DNA of 64,000 nt, from contig JBKAGP010000001.1 of the NCBI GenBank assembly GCA_046290465.1, positions 896,001-960,000 of the forward strand. The letters are read 5' to 3'. Every line of letters starts with the position of its first letter. Position 1 is the stretch's first letter. The DNA is from Planctomycetota bacterium. GTDB lineage: Bacteria > Planctomycetota > UBA1135 > UBA2386. Under the pieces are notes generated by a model that was given only the letters and a program-made list of their open reading frames with translations, was not told where the DNA came from and did not search any database. Shown here piece by piece: positions 1 through 8,731 of the stretch. Position numbers and translations under genes: made by a program.

Positions 1-1
1 A

Positions 2-1048
2 GCACCGACGAGAGAGGCGGTGCCGTTCGTGCGCGAGCTGCTCGACGACCGCGAGGAGCCGATCCGGCGGCAGGCGTGGCGGTGGCTCGCCCGCATCGGC
101 AGCGACGACGTCGACGACGAGCTGGTGCGCGGCGTCACCGCGCCGCCGGACGCGTCGACGCGCGCGTGCATCGCGATCGGCCTGCGCGAGGCCGACGAGG
201 ACGGGCGGCTCGGCCCACGGGTTCGCGAACGGCTGTTCGAGCCGTTGCTGGAGCACCTGGACGGCTACGACACCCGCGACGTTCCGGCGCTGCTGCTGCG
301 CTGGGATCGCGAACGTGCGCTGGCCGGGTTCGCGCGGCGCGGCCTGCTGGAGGCCAGCCATCCGGAGTTCGGCTACGTCGTGCAGGCGATGGCGGCGGCC
401 GGGCAGTCGCTGCCGCGCGAGCAGCTGCTGGCGCTGCTGCAGCAGGACCCCGGCGCGTTCGCGACGTCGACGTTCCGCGCGTTCGGCACGATGCTCGGCC
501 GCCTGCGCGATCCGCAGGACGAGGCGACGCTGCTGCGGCACATGGGCGCCACCGACGAGCGCGCCGAGGCGGCGGCGGCCGGGATGCTCGCGCACAGCGG
601 CATCGACGACTGGTTCGACCGGCTGCAGGCGCGGCGCGGCCGCTGGACCGAGACCGAACGGCGGCTCGACGCGATGCGGCGGGTCGAGGACGAGGTCTGC
701 AGCGGTGGCTTCGTGCAGTACTTTGCGCTGGCGTCGGGCGACGGCTGGCGGGAGGCGGCGGCGGGGTTCGACGAGGTGCAGGATCCGCTGCGCGCCGACC
801 TCGTGCGGCAGGCGGCGCAGCGGCTGTCGGGTCCGGCCGCGGGCAGCCGCGAGCAGCGACTGGCCCAGCTGGAGGCGCTCGGTGAGGACGAGCCGTTCGC
901 CGACCTGGACGAGCGCTATACGGGCCCGCGCACCGACATCGACGTGGTGCTGACCCGCTACATGCTGGCCCACCTCACCGAACTACGGGCCGCGTGGGAT
1001 CGCCAGCGGCTCGACGACGGACCGCGCGGCGGCGGGCCGTTCGGCTAG
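2..1048 (+). CDS. HEAT-like repeat protein with C-terminal DUF4375/DMP19-like domain (probably 5'-partial)
   Basis: Frame is open back to the window edge. N-terminal helical repeats (ELLDDREEPIRRQAWRWLARIG); C-terminal EDEVCSGGFVQYF...LDERY resembles the DUF4375 E-V-x-N-G-G-F-x-Q-Y-F motif. Confidence 0.55.
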   Translation, partial: APTREAVPFVRELLDDREEPIRRQAWRWLARIGSDDVDDELVRGVTAPPDASTRACIAIGLREADEDGRLGPRVRERLFEPLLEHLDGYDTRDVPALLLRWDRERALAGFARRGLLEASHPEFGYVVQAMAAAGQSLPREQLLALLQQDPGAFATSTFRAFGTMLGRLRDPQDEATLLRHMGATDERAEAAAAGMLAHSGIDDWFDRLQARRGRWTETERRLDAMRRVEDEVCSGGFVQYFALASGDGWREAAAGFDEVQDPLRADLVRQAAQRLSGPAAGSREQRLAQLEALGEDEPFADLDERYTGPRTDIDVVLTRYMLAHLTELRAAWDRQRLDDGPRGGGPFG

Positions 1049-1132
1049 GGCGGCGCTCGGCCCGCGGGCTGCAACGTCAACCGAAGCCCGCCGGTCGCAC
1101 GCCCGCCGACGGCGCCGAGCCATTGGTCCGCA

Positions 1133-1156
1133 AGGTCTGGTCGCGGCACCAGACCT
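1133..1156. terminator. 9-bp hairpin between convergent genes, just downstream of the pheT stop
   Basis: aggtctggt-cgcggc-accagacct is a perfect inverted repeat; no U-tract. Confidence 0.3.
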
Positions 1157-1165
1157 ACCGAGCGG

Positions 1166-3580
1166 TCAGCCTCGGAGTTCGGCGCCGATCTGGTCGGCGT
1201 TCTTGCGGACCTTGTCGAGGAACTTGCCCTCGTCCTTGTCGGAGAGGGTGCGGTCGTCGGCGCCGAGCGTGACGGTGAAATTGAGGGACTTCTTGCCGGC
1301 CGGGACGTGCTCGCCGCGGTAGACCTCGAACAGCTCGACGCTGCGGATCAGCTTGCGGCCGGTGGTGCGCAGGAAGTCGGCGACGTCGCCGACCTTGGCG
1401 TCGGCGTCGACCAGGAGCGCGACGTCGACGGGCAGGTCGGGATAGACCGGCACCGGCGTGTACTTCGGCTCGGCGCGGCCGTTGGCGTGCAGCGCGCGCA
1501 CGTCGATGGTCGCGATCGCGACCTGCTTGGGCAGGCTGAGCGCCTTGGCGACACCCGGGTGCAGGTGCGCGACGTAGCCGACCGGGGAGCCGTCGCGGTC
1601 GACGGCGACGGCGCGCGCGGGGTGCACCCACGGCTGGTCGCTGCCGCTCCACGAACGGTGCAGCTCGACCGGGTAGCCGAGCCGGCGCAGCAGGTGCTGC
1701 ACGTGCTCGCGCAGCTCGCCGAACGGATGCTCGCCAGCACCATCGCGCCGCGCGAACACCAGCGCCAGCTCGCGCACCTCGTGCGGCAGGCCGTGCTCGT
1801 CCTTCATCTCGGCGTGGTAGCCCTTGCCGGTCTCGACCAGGCGCACCTCGGCGACCTGGCGCAGGTTGTTCTCGACCGTCGCCAGCAGGCTCGGCAGCAC
1901 GTGCCGGCGCATGCGCGTGATCTCGGGCGCGACCGGGTTCTGGACCCGCACGTAGTGCTGGCCCTTGGCACCGCACGCCTCGACCACCGCGTCCGGCGTG
2001 AAGCTGTAGTTGTAGACCTCGTTGCAGCCGAGCTCGAGGCAGCTGACCTCGATCATGCGCCGCACCAGGAACAGCTCCTCGTTGTGCGGCGGCGGTTCGA
2101 CCGCGCCGACCAGCGGCTGCTCCGGGATGTTGTCGTAGCGGAACATCCGGCCGACCTCTTCGATCAGGTCGTCCTCGATCGCGATGTCCTTGGTGGCCCG
2201 GAAGCTCGGCGCCCGGCAGACGAAGCCGTCGTCGCTCTGCTCGACCTCGAACGACAGCGACGTCAGGATCGCGACGACCTGCTCGTCCTCGAGCGCGACG
2301 CCGAGCTTGAGGTCGAGCCGGTCGCGGCGCAGCAGCAGCGGCTGCGGCTCGTACGAGAAGCCGGCCGGGTCCACCAGCGGGCCGGCGGCGACCGCGTCGG
2401 GGCAGTGCTGCTGCAGCAGCTGCAGGAAGTGGTGCACCGCGGTCTCGGCGTTGGCCGGGTCCTGCGCCTTCTCGAAGCGCGTGCTGGCGTCGGTGCGCAG
2501 ACCGAGGCGCATCGTGGTGCGCCGGATCGTGGTCGCGTGGAAGTTGGCCGACTCCAGGAACAGGCTGGTCGTGCCCTCCTCGACCATCGTTCCCTGCCCG
2601 CCCATCACGCCCGCCAGCGCCTCCGGCTCGTCGCCGGCGCAGATCAGCAGGTCGGTAGCGACGAGCTTGCGCTGCTGGCCGTCGAGCGTCGTGATCACCT
2701 CGCCGTCCCTGGCCCGCCGGACGCGGATCGCGCGCGCGCCGACGTGGCGCGCGTCGAACGCGTGCATCGGCTGGCCGAGGTCCAGCATCACGAAGTTGGT
2801 CAGGTCGACTGGCAGGTTGATGGCGCGCTGGCCGACCGCCTGCAGCATCCAGCGCAGCTCGTTCGGCGACGGGCCGCTCGCGACGCCGTCGATCCTCAGG
2901 CCGCAGTAGCGCGGACACGCCTCGCGGTCCTCGATGACGACCTCGACCGCCTCGCCATCCGTCGGCAGCTCCTGCGGCACGACCACCGGCTTCAGCTCAC
3001 GGCCGTAGATCGCCGCCAGCTCGCGCGCGAAGCCGTAGTGGCCCCACAGGTCCGGCCGGTGGTTCACCGACTTGTTGTCGATCTCGAAGATCCAGTCCTG
3101 CACCGGACAGACGTCGACGAAGCGCGCGCCGATCTCGGTGTCCTTCGGCAGCACGAAGATGCCGTCGGCCTCGTCGCTCAGGCCGAGCTCCGACTCCGAG
3201 CAGATCATCCCGTGCGACTCGACGCCGCGGATCTTGCCGACCTTGATCTTCAGCGCGCCCTTGCCGCCAGCGGCGGGCAGGGTGTCGCCGGGCTTGATGA
3301 CGACGACGCGCTGGCCGGCGTCGACGTTGGGCGCGCCGCAGACGATCTGCACGACGCCGCCGGACGGGCCGAGGTCGACCTCACAGACCGACAGCTTGTC
3401 GGCGTCCGGGTGCTTCTCGCGCTTGCGCACGTGGCCGACGACGAGCGGCTCGAGGCCGGCGCCGAAGTGGATCAGGTCCTCGATCTCGGCCGTCGACATG
3501 GTCAGATCGGCGAGGATCTGCTTGGGATCGATGCCCGACAGGTCGACGTGGCGGGACAGCCATCGCAGCGAGAGCTTCAT
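1166..3580 (-). CDS. pheT: Phenylalanine--tRNA ligase beta subunit
   Basis: Starts MKLSLRWL; tRNA-binding motifs HPDADKL, IVCGAPNV and RGVESHGMICS; NHRPDL; B3/4 domain; DLIEEVGR; C-terminal FDX-ACB (ELFEVYRG...KKSL). ATG at 3580 overlaps the pheS TGA (ATGA). 804 aa. Confidence 0.97.
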   Translation of the reverse strand: MKLSLRWLSRHVDLSGIDPKQILADLTMSTAEIEDLIHFGAGLEPLVVGHVRKREKHPDADKLSVCEVDLGPSGGVVQIVCGAPNVDAGQRVVVIKPGDTLPAAGGKGALKIKVGKIRGVESHGMICSESELGLSDEADGIFVLPKDTEIGARFVDVCPVQDWIFEIDNKSVNHRPDLWGHYGFARELAAIYGRELKPVVVPQELPTDGEAVEVVIEDREACPRYCGLRIDGVASGPSPNELRWMLQAVGQRAINLPVDLTNFVMLDLGQPMHAFDARHVGARAIRVRRARDGEVITTLDGQQRKLVATDLLICAGDEPEALAGVMGGQGTMVEEGTTSLFLESANFHATTIRRTTMRLGLRTDASTRFEKAQDPANAETAVHHFLQLLQQHCPDAVAAGPLVDPAGFSYEPQPLLLRRDRLDLKLGVALEDEQVVAILTSLSFEVEQSDDGFVCRAPSFRATKDIAIEDDLIEEVGRMFRYDNIPEQPLVGAVEPPPHNEELFLVRRMIEVSCLELGCNEVYNYSFTPDAVVEACGAKGQHYVRVQNPVAPEITRMRRHVLPSLLATVENNLRQVAEVRLVETGKGYHAEMKDEHGLPHEVRELALVFARRDGAGEHPFGELREHVQHLLRRLGYPVELHRSWSGSDQPWVHPARAVAVDRDGSPVGYVAHLHPGVAKALSLPKQVAIATIDVRALHANGRAEPKYTPVPVYPDLPVDVALLVDADAKVGDVADFLRTTGRKLIRSVELFEVYRGEHVPAGKKSLNFTVTLGADDRTLSDKDEGKFLDKVRKNADQIGAELRG

Positions 3581-4668
3581 CGCGCCACCTCCGGGAACTG
3601 CGACAAGAACCGCTGGTCGCCGCCCATGAAGTGGCGGATGTCGTCGATGCCGTAGCGCAACATGACGACGCGCTGCAGGCCCATGCCGAACGCGAAGCCG
3701 GTGTACTGCTCGGGGTCGAGGCCGCCCTCCTGCAGCACGTTGGGGTGCACCATGCCGCACGGCAGGATCTCGATCCAACCGCTCTGCTTGCAGACCGAGC
3801 AGCCCTTGCCCGAACAGAACGGGCAGTTCACGTCGAGTTCGAAGCCCGGCTCGACGAACGGGAAGAAGCCAGGGCGCAGCCGCACCTCGACGTCGCGCTC
3901 GAGGATGACCCGCAGGCAGGTCTTCATCGTGTGGATCAGGTTGGCGGTGCTGACGCCCCTGGAGTTGCCGTCGGCGTCCTTCTGCACGCGGTCCACGACC
4001 AGGCCTTCCATCTGGTAGAAGCTGTGCTCGTGGGTCTTGTCGACGGTCTCGCTGCGGAAGCAGCGGCCCGGCACGATGACCTTCAGCGGCGGCTGGAACC
4101 TGCCGGCCCCGTCCTTGCCCTTCTGGGTCAGGCGCTGCAGCGTGCGCACCTGCACCGGCGAGGTGTGCGTGCGCAGCAGGTTGCCGTCGTCGAGCCAGAA
4201 CGTGTCCTGGCTCTCCCGCGCCGGGTGGTCGCCCGGGATGTTGAGCGCGTCGAAGTTGAAGTACTCCGACTCGATCTCGGGGCCGTCCTCCCAGCGGAAG
4301 CCCATCGACGTGAACAGGTCGACCAGCTCGTTCTGCACGATCGTGATCGGATGCAGCGCGCCGCGGCGCGCGCGCGGGCCCGGCTCGGTCGGATCGAAGT
4401 CGGTCGCCTGCAGCTCCCGCTCGAGCTCCTGGGCCTCGAACGCCTCGCGGCGCTGTTCGAGCGCCTTCTGGACGGCCTGCTTGACCGCGTTGGCGGCCTT
4501 GCCGAAGGCCGGCCGCTCTTCCTTGGGCAGGGAGGTGACCGAGCGCACCAGCTCGAGCACCTCGCCCTTCTGGCCGAAGAGACGCGATTCGAGCTCGGCG
4601 AGCGCCGCGCTGTCGGTGGCGGCAGCGACCTGCTGCAGCCACTCGTCCTGTCTGGCGGTGATGTCCAT
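3577..4668 (-). CDS. pheS: Phenylalanine--tRNA ligase alpha subunit
   Basis: NFDALNIPGDHPARESQDTF, LLRTHTSPVQ, FPFVEP, Cys-rich CPFCSGKGCSVCK, GFAFGMG, YGIDDIR. Start taken at MDITARQ. Confidence 0.97.
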   Translation of the reverse strand: MDITARQDEWLQQVAAATDSAALAELESRLFGQKGEVLELVRSVTSLPKEERPAFGKAANAVKQAVQKALEQRREAFEAQELERELQATDFDPTEPGPRARRGALHPITIVQNELVDLFTSMGFRWEDGPEIESEYFNFDALNIPGDHPARESQDTFWLDDGNLLRTHTSPVQVRTLQRLTQKGKDGAGRFQPPLKVIVPGRCFRSETVDKTHEHSFYQMEGLVVDRVQKDADGNSRGVSTANLIHTMKTCLRVILERDVEVRLRPGFFPFVEPGFELDVNCPFCSGKGCSVCKQSGWIEILPCGMVHPNVLQEGGLDPEQYTGFAFGMGLQRVVMLRYGIDDIRHFMGGDQRFLSQFPEVAR

Positions 4669-4696
4669 GAGAGTGGGAGTTGTGGCGGTACAGCAC

Positions 4697-4723
4697 AACG
4701 GCGCTGGACTTGCCAGCGCCGTT
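4697..4723 (-). terminator. 11-bp stem-loop between rplT and pheS (terminator, attenuator or mRNA-stabilising hairpin)
   Basis: aacggcgctgg-acttg-ccagcgccgtt is a perfect 11-bp inverted repeat; weak U-tract. Confidence 0.4.
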
Positions 4724-4753
4724 TGCGGTTGCGGTCCGGGTTGCCGGCGCGCG

Positions 4754-5110
4754 CTAGCTGAGCGCGCTCTTGGCCTGGCTGCAGACGGCGCCGAAGGTCG
4801 CCGGGTCGTGGATGGCCATCTCGCTGAGCTCCTTGCGGTTCAGCTTGATACCGGCCTTCTGGATGCCGTGGATGAACTGCGAGTAGCGCAGGTCGTGCAT
4901 CTTGACGGCGGCCGTGATGCGGGTGATCCACAGGCGACGGAACGCGCGCTTCTTCTGCGCGCGGCCGGCGAACGAGAAGGCGTCCGCCCGCAGCGTGGTC
5001 TCCTTGGCGATGCGGAACAGATTGCCGCGACGCTGGCGGAAGCCCTTGGCGCGCTTGAGAACGCGGTTGCGGCGTTGGCGGGTAGCGGGACCGTTGGTTG
5101 CGCGACTCAT
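4754..5110 (-). CDS. rplT: 50S ribosomal protein L20
   Basis: KRAKGF, KKRAFRRLWITRI, YSQFIHG, LNRKELSEMAIHDP; canonical position between rpmI and pheS. Confidence 0.97.
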   Translation of the reverse strand: MSRATNGPATRQRRNRVLKRAKGFRQRRGNLFRIAKETTLRADAFSFAGRAQKKRAFRRLWITRITAAVKMHDLRYSQFIHGIQKAGIKLNRKELSEMAIHDPATFGAVCSQAKSALS

Positions 5111-5116
5111 GGTTGG

Positions 5117-5314
5117 TTACCTCCCACCCAGCAGCATGGCCATGTTGGCGTTGATCTTGCCCGAGCACACGGCGGCCTTGCGCAGCTTGCGCTTACGCTT
5201 GGTCGAGCGACGCACCATGATGTGCGACGTGAACGCGTGGTGGAACTTGACCTTGCCGGTCTTGGTCAGCTTCATGCGCTTGACCACCGCCTTTTTGGTC
5301 TTCTGCTTCGTCAT
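5117..5314 (-). CDS. rpmI: 50S ribosomal protein L35
   Basis: 65-aa basic protein MTKQKTKKAVVKRMKLTKTGKV...KRKRKLR directly upstream of rplT. Confidence 0.93.
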   Translation of the reverse strand: MTKQKTKKAVVKRMKLTKTGKVKFHHAFTSHIMVRRSTKRKRKLRKAAVCSGKINANMAMLLGGR

Positions 5315-5383
5315 GACTGCAGCTTCGATCCGTGTCGGAAAACGGGCCACCGGGCCCATCGGTCCGGGTGAGGAAGGGCGAAC

Positions 5384-5412
5384 ACGCTAGCGAGGGATCG
5401 GGGAGGCGGCAA
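5384..5412 (-). promoter_or_regulatory. Putative sigma70 promoter of rpmI-rplT-pheST
   Basis: Minus strand TTGCCG (5412-5407), 17-nt spacer, TAGCGT (5389-5384), about 70 nt upstream of the rpmI ATG. Confidence 0.55.
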
Positions 5413-5495
5413 GTGCGGCTTGGGGAAAAGTCTGGTATCCGGGTGCTCCGGCACCGAAAACCCGCTGTCGCCGGGGCGTTGCTCCGGCTTCGAGC

Positions 5496-6329
5496 ATGGA
5501 CCTCACGATCGCGCTGCTGCACCTGTCGGCCTGGCTGACGCTGGCCTTCGCCCTGACCCTGCCCCGGTTCCGTCGCGTCGCCATCAGCGTGCTGACGGTC
5601 GTCGCCGGCCTGACCCTGATGCACGGCGTCGGCGACGGCGAACGCACGCTGGAGACGGTGCACACGTTCGCCGGCTACGAGGGCGCCGACATGGAGGTCT
5701 CGATGGTGTCGTTCCCGACCGGGACGATCACCGCCGACGCCGGCCTCTGGGCGATCCCCTACGCCGGCTTCGCGATGCTGTGGATCCTGATCCTGTGGGC
5801 GATCCGCAAGCGACCGGTCAAGAACCCCTGGGGCCTGCCGCTGCTGCTGGCGTGGTCGAGCTTCGCCGCGTGGCTCGGCATGCAGTACCTCGCCGCCCCG
5901 GCGATCGTCGTGCAGCCGGTCGGCCTCGACCGGTTTCTGTGGCCGGCGGGCCTGGCCCTGTGCCTGGTCGCTGCGAAGCACGCCAAGAGCATGGCGATGC
6001 TGTTCGTGATGGTCAGCTCCGGCATCCTGCTCGGCCGGCTGCCGGCGGCGCTGTTCAGCAAGTATGCGAGCGACAACCACCTCAAGGGCGTGCTCGACAT
6101 CCACCTGGTGCAGGACATCGCCTACCCCGGCACCGACCAGGTCGCCCGCCTCGAGATCGGCTCGTCCAACCAGCAGTTCTGGCTGATCTGGCTCGAGCAC
6201 GTGATCTTCTACCCTGGCGTCTACGCGATGAGCCTGCTGGGCATTGCGTTCGGCGTCTACATGTTCCACAAACACGGCCACCCAGCGCCTGCAGCAGGCG
6301 TCCCCGGCCCGAATCCCACCCAGTCGTGA
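5496..6329 (+). CDS. Hypothetical integral membrane protein (about 7 TM segments)
   Basis: 277 aa with many hydrophobic segments and strong GC3 codon bias; stop overlaps the egtB GTG start. Confidence 0.75.
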   Translation: MDLTIALLHLSAWLTLAFALTLPRFRRVAISVLTVVAGLTLMHGVGDGERTLETVHTFAGYEGADMEVSMVSFPTGTITADAGLWAIPYAGFAMLWILILWAIRKRPVKNPWGLPLLLAWSSFAAWLGMQYLAAPAIVVQPVGLDRFLWPAGLALCLVAAKHAKSMAMLFVMVSSGILLGRLPAALFSKYASDNHLKGVLDIHLVQDIAYPGTDQVARLEIGSSNQQFWLIWLEHVIFYPGVYAMSLLGIAFGVYMFHKHGHPAPAAGVPGPNPTQS

Positions 6330-7717
6330 ACGACAGCCCGGCTTTCCTGCGACGCGACGACCGGGGAACGCCGGCGGGGAGCCCGGATCTGGCGCGGCGG
6401 CGGCTGCTGCGCCGCTTCGCGCGCGTGCGCGCGACCACCGAACGGCTGATGGCGCCGCTGCAGCCGGACGACTTCCGGATCCAGTCGATGGAGGACGTCA
6501 GTCCCCCCTACTGGAACCTCGGCCACACCAGCTGGTTCTTCGCGACCAACGTGCTGCAGCGCTTCGGCCGCATGCCGGCGGGCTTCGACGGGCTCGACTA
6601 CGCGCTCAACAGCTACTACGAGGGCCTCGGCCCGCGCCTCGAGCGCGGGCGCCGCGGCCAGGTCGCGTCGCCGTCGACCGCGATCGTGCGCGACTACCGC
6701 GCGGCGGTCGACGAGGCGATGCAGGGCTGGATCGCGGAGTGCCCGCCGGAGCACCTCGCCGAAACCGCCAGGCTGGTCGCGATCGGCTGCGAGCACGAGC
6801 AGCAGCACCAGGAGCTGTTCGTCACCGAGATCCTGCACATCCGCTGGTCTGCGCCCGAGGCGCTGCGCCGCGGCTACCTGGAGTCGACCCGTTCGCCGGC
6901 GCCGGCGGCCACCGCGGGCCCGGGTCCACTGGTCGCGTGCGGCTTCGACGCCGCGACCACCGTGCTCGGCTACCAAGGACGGTCGATCGCGCAGGGGGGC
7001 TTCTGCTGGGACAACGAACTGCCCGCGCACCCGGCGCTGGTCGGCGACTTCGTGCTGGCCAACCGGCTGATCACCAACCGCGAGTGGCGCGCGTTCGTCG
7101 ACGACGGCGGCTACCGCGACCCGCTGCTGTGGCTGTCCAACGGCTGGGACTGGGTGCGGCGGCACGGCGTCGAGGCGCCGCTCTACTGGCAGCGCGACGG
7201 CGAGGGCGGCTACCAGCGGTTCTCGCTCTACGGCCTGCACGCGATCGATCCCGACGCGCCGGTCTGCCACGTGTCGTTCTACGAGGCCGAAGCGTTCGCG
7301 CGCTGGTTCGGCGCCAACAACGACGAATGGCGCGGCGCGCGGCTGCCCCGCGAGGTCGAGTGGGAGCACGCAGCGCGCCACGAAGGCTTCCACCGCGACG
7401 ACGCCAACCTGCTGCACGAGGACCTGTCGCGCAGCCCGTTCGACGTCGAGCCGGCGCGCCCCGATCGCCGCGGCCTGCAGCAGCTCGCCGGCACCGCGTG
7501 GGAGTGGACCATGAGCCACTACGAGCCCTGCCCCGGCTACCGCCCATTCGACGGCGCGCTGATGGAGTACAACGGCAAGTTCATGGACAACCAGCGGGTC
7601 CTGCGCGGCGGCTCGTTCGCCACCCCCCGCACCCAGGCCCGCGTCGCCTACCGCAACTTCTGGCCCCCCCATACCCAGTTCCAGGCCACCGCCATCCGCC
7701 TCTGCGCCGACCGCTGA
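6326..7717 (+). CDS. egtB: Ergothioneine biosynthesis sulfoxide synthase EgtB (DinB_2 plus FGE-sulfatase domains)
   Basis: QSMEDVSPPYWNLGHTSWFF, NSYYE, iron-binding HEQQHQEL, FCWDNE, HVSFYEA, WEWT, EYNGKFM, VLRGGS, YRNF. GTG start at 6326. Confidence 0.88.
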   Translation: MNDSPAFLRRDDRGTPAGSPDLARRRLLRRFARVRATTERLMAPLQPDDFRIQSMEDVSPPYWNLGHTSWFFATNVLQRFGRMPAGFDGLDYALNSYYEGLGPRLERGRRGQVASPSTAIVRDYRAAVDEAMQGWIAECPPEHLAETARLVAIGCEHEQQHQELFVTEILHIRWSAPEALRRGYLESTRSPAPAATAGPGPLVACGFDAATTVLGYQGRSIAQGGFCWDNELPAHPALVGDFVLANRLITNREWRAFVDDGGYRDPLLWLSNGWDWVRRHGVEAPLYWQRDGEGGYQRFSLYGLHAIDPDAPVCHVSFYEAEAFARWFGANNDEWRGARLPREVEWEHAARHEGFHRDDANLLHEDLSRSPFDVEPARPDRRGLQQLAGTAWEWTMSHYEPCPGYRPFDGALMEYNGKFMDNQRVLRGGSFATPRTQARVAYRNFWPPHTQFQATAIRLCADR

Positions 7718-7721
7718 CGCC

Positions 7722-7766
7722 CCGTACGAAATCTCGCCGTTCGGTACGTTGCCGTACGGTACCTGG
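7722..7766. repeat. Degenerate 15-nt tandem array (3 copies) immediately after the egtB stop
   Basis: ccgtacgaaatctcg / ccgttcggtacgttg / ccgtacggtacctgg. Confidence 0.45.
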
Positions 7767-7853
7767 TTCGTCCTCCAACTTTCGCGGCCGGCCACCACCG
7801 AAAGCGAACGCGCCGGCACCTCCCCCGGCCTCCCCGCGTCTACGATCCGTCGC

Positions 7854-8711
7854 ATGCGCATGCACGCCGTCGTCACGTTCGCGCTGTCGCTCGGGAGCGC
7901 ATGCTGCCAGGTCGAACAGCTGCGACCATTCCTCGCCGAGGACGCCCGCCCGCCGACCGGCGCGGCCCTCGAACGGCACCTCGACACGCTCGACGGCCTG
8001 CTCGACCATCCGGATCCCAAGCTGCGCGACGACCTCGGCTACACGCTGCTGGCGCGCTGGATCGGCAAGGACGGCGCGGTGCCGGACGCGCAGCTGCGCC
8101 AACGGCTGCAGCGCTGGCAGCCGCGGCTCGCGGCGCCCGGCGACACCGACCGCGCGGTGCTGCAGCGCTCGTTCGCGGCGCTGTCGCTGGCGCTGCTGGT
8201 CGCGCGCGACAACCAGCATCCCTACCTCGACCGGGCTCGCTTCGACGGGCTGCTGCAGGCGACGCTGGCCTACTTCGCCAGGCAACGCGACGAACGCGGC
8301 TACGACGAGCAGCTCGGCTGGGTCCACTCGATCGCCCACACCGCCGATCTGTTGAAGTTCTTGGGGCGCAGCCGCCATCTGCAGCCGGCGCAGCAACGCC
8401 AGATCCTCGACGCGATCCGCGAACGGCTCGGCCGCGTGCGCCGCACCTTCTCGGCCGGCGAGGACGGCCGCCTGGTGCGCACCGTGCTGGCGCTGATCGA
8501 CCGCGACGACTTCGACGCCGAGGCCTACTCGGCGTGGACCCGCGCGCTGCTGCAGCCGCCGACGTTCGCATCGACGTCGCACCGGATCGCGTTCGGCCAG
8601 AACCGCCTGCACGTCGTCACCGGCCTGTTCGCGCAGCTCGCGCTCGACCGCGAGCCGTCCGAGGGCCGCAAGCGCGCGCTCGCGGCCACCCGGCTGCTGC
8701 TCGGGGGCTGA
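7854..8711 (+). CDS. DUF2785-family protein, probable lipoprotein
   Basis: LRDDLGY, RSFAALSLAL, DERGY...GWVHSIAHTADLL and GEDGRL match DUF2785; N-terminal hydrophobic stretch ends in GSAC. Start at 7854 follows a TACGAT box. Confidence 0.75.
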   Translation: MRMHAVVTFALSLGSACCQVEQLRPFLAEDARPPTGAALERHLDTLDGLLDHPDPKLRDDLGYTLLARWIGKDGAVPDAQLRQRLQRWQPRLAAPGDTDRAVLQRSFAALSLALLVARDNQHPYLDRARFDGLLQATLAYFARQRDERGYDEQLGWVHSIAHTADLLKFLGRSRHLQPAQQRQILDAIRERLGRVRRTFSAGEDGRLVRTVLALIDRDDFDAEAYSAWTRALLQPPTFASTSHRIAFGQNRLHVVTGLFAQLALDREPSEGRKRALAATRLLLGG

Positions 8712-8731
8712 CACCCCCGAGCCGGTCGCTG

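Noticed and set aside
1166..4696. 1176-aa ORF suggesting a PheS-PheT fusion or extended PheT
   Set aside because: The upstream 372 codons are an off-frame shadow of pheS. PheT homology starts at ATG 3580, which overlaps the pheS stop.
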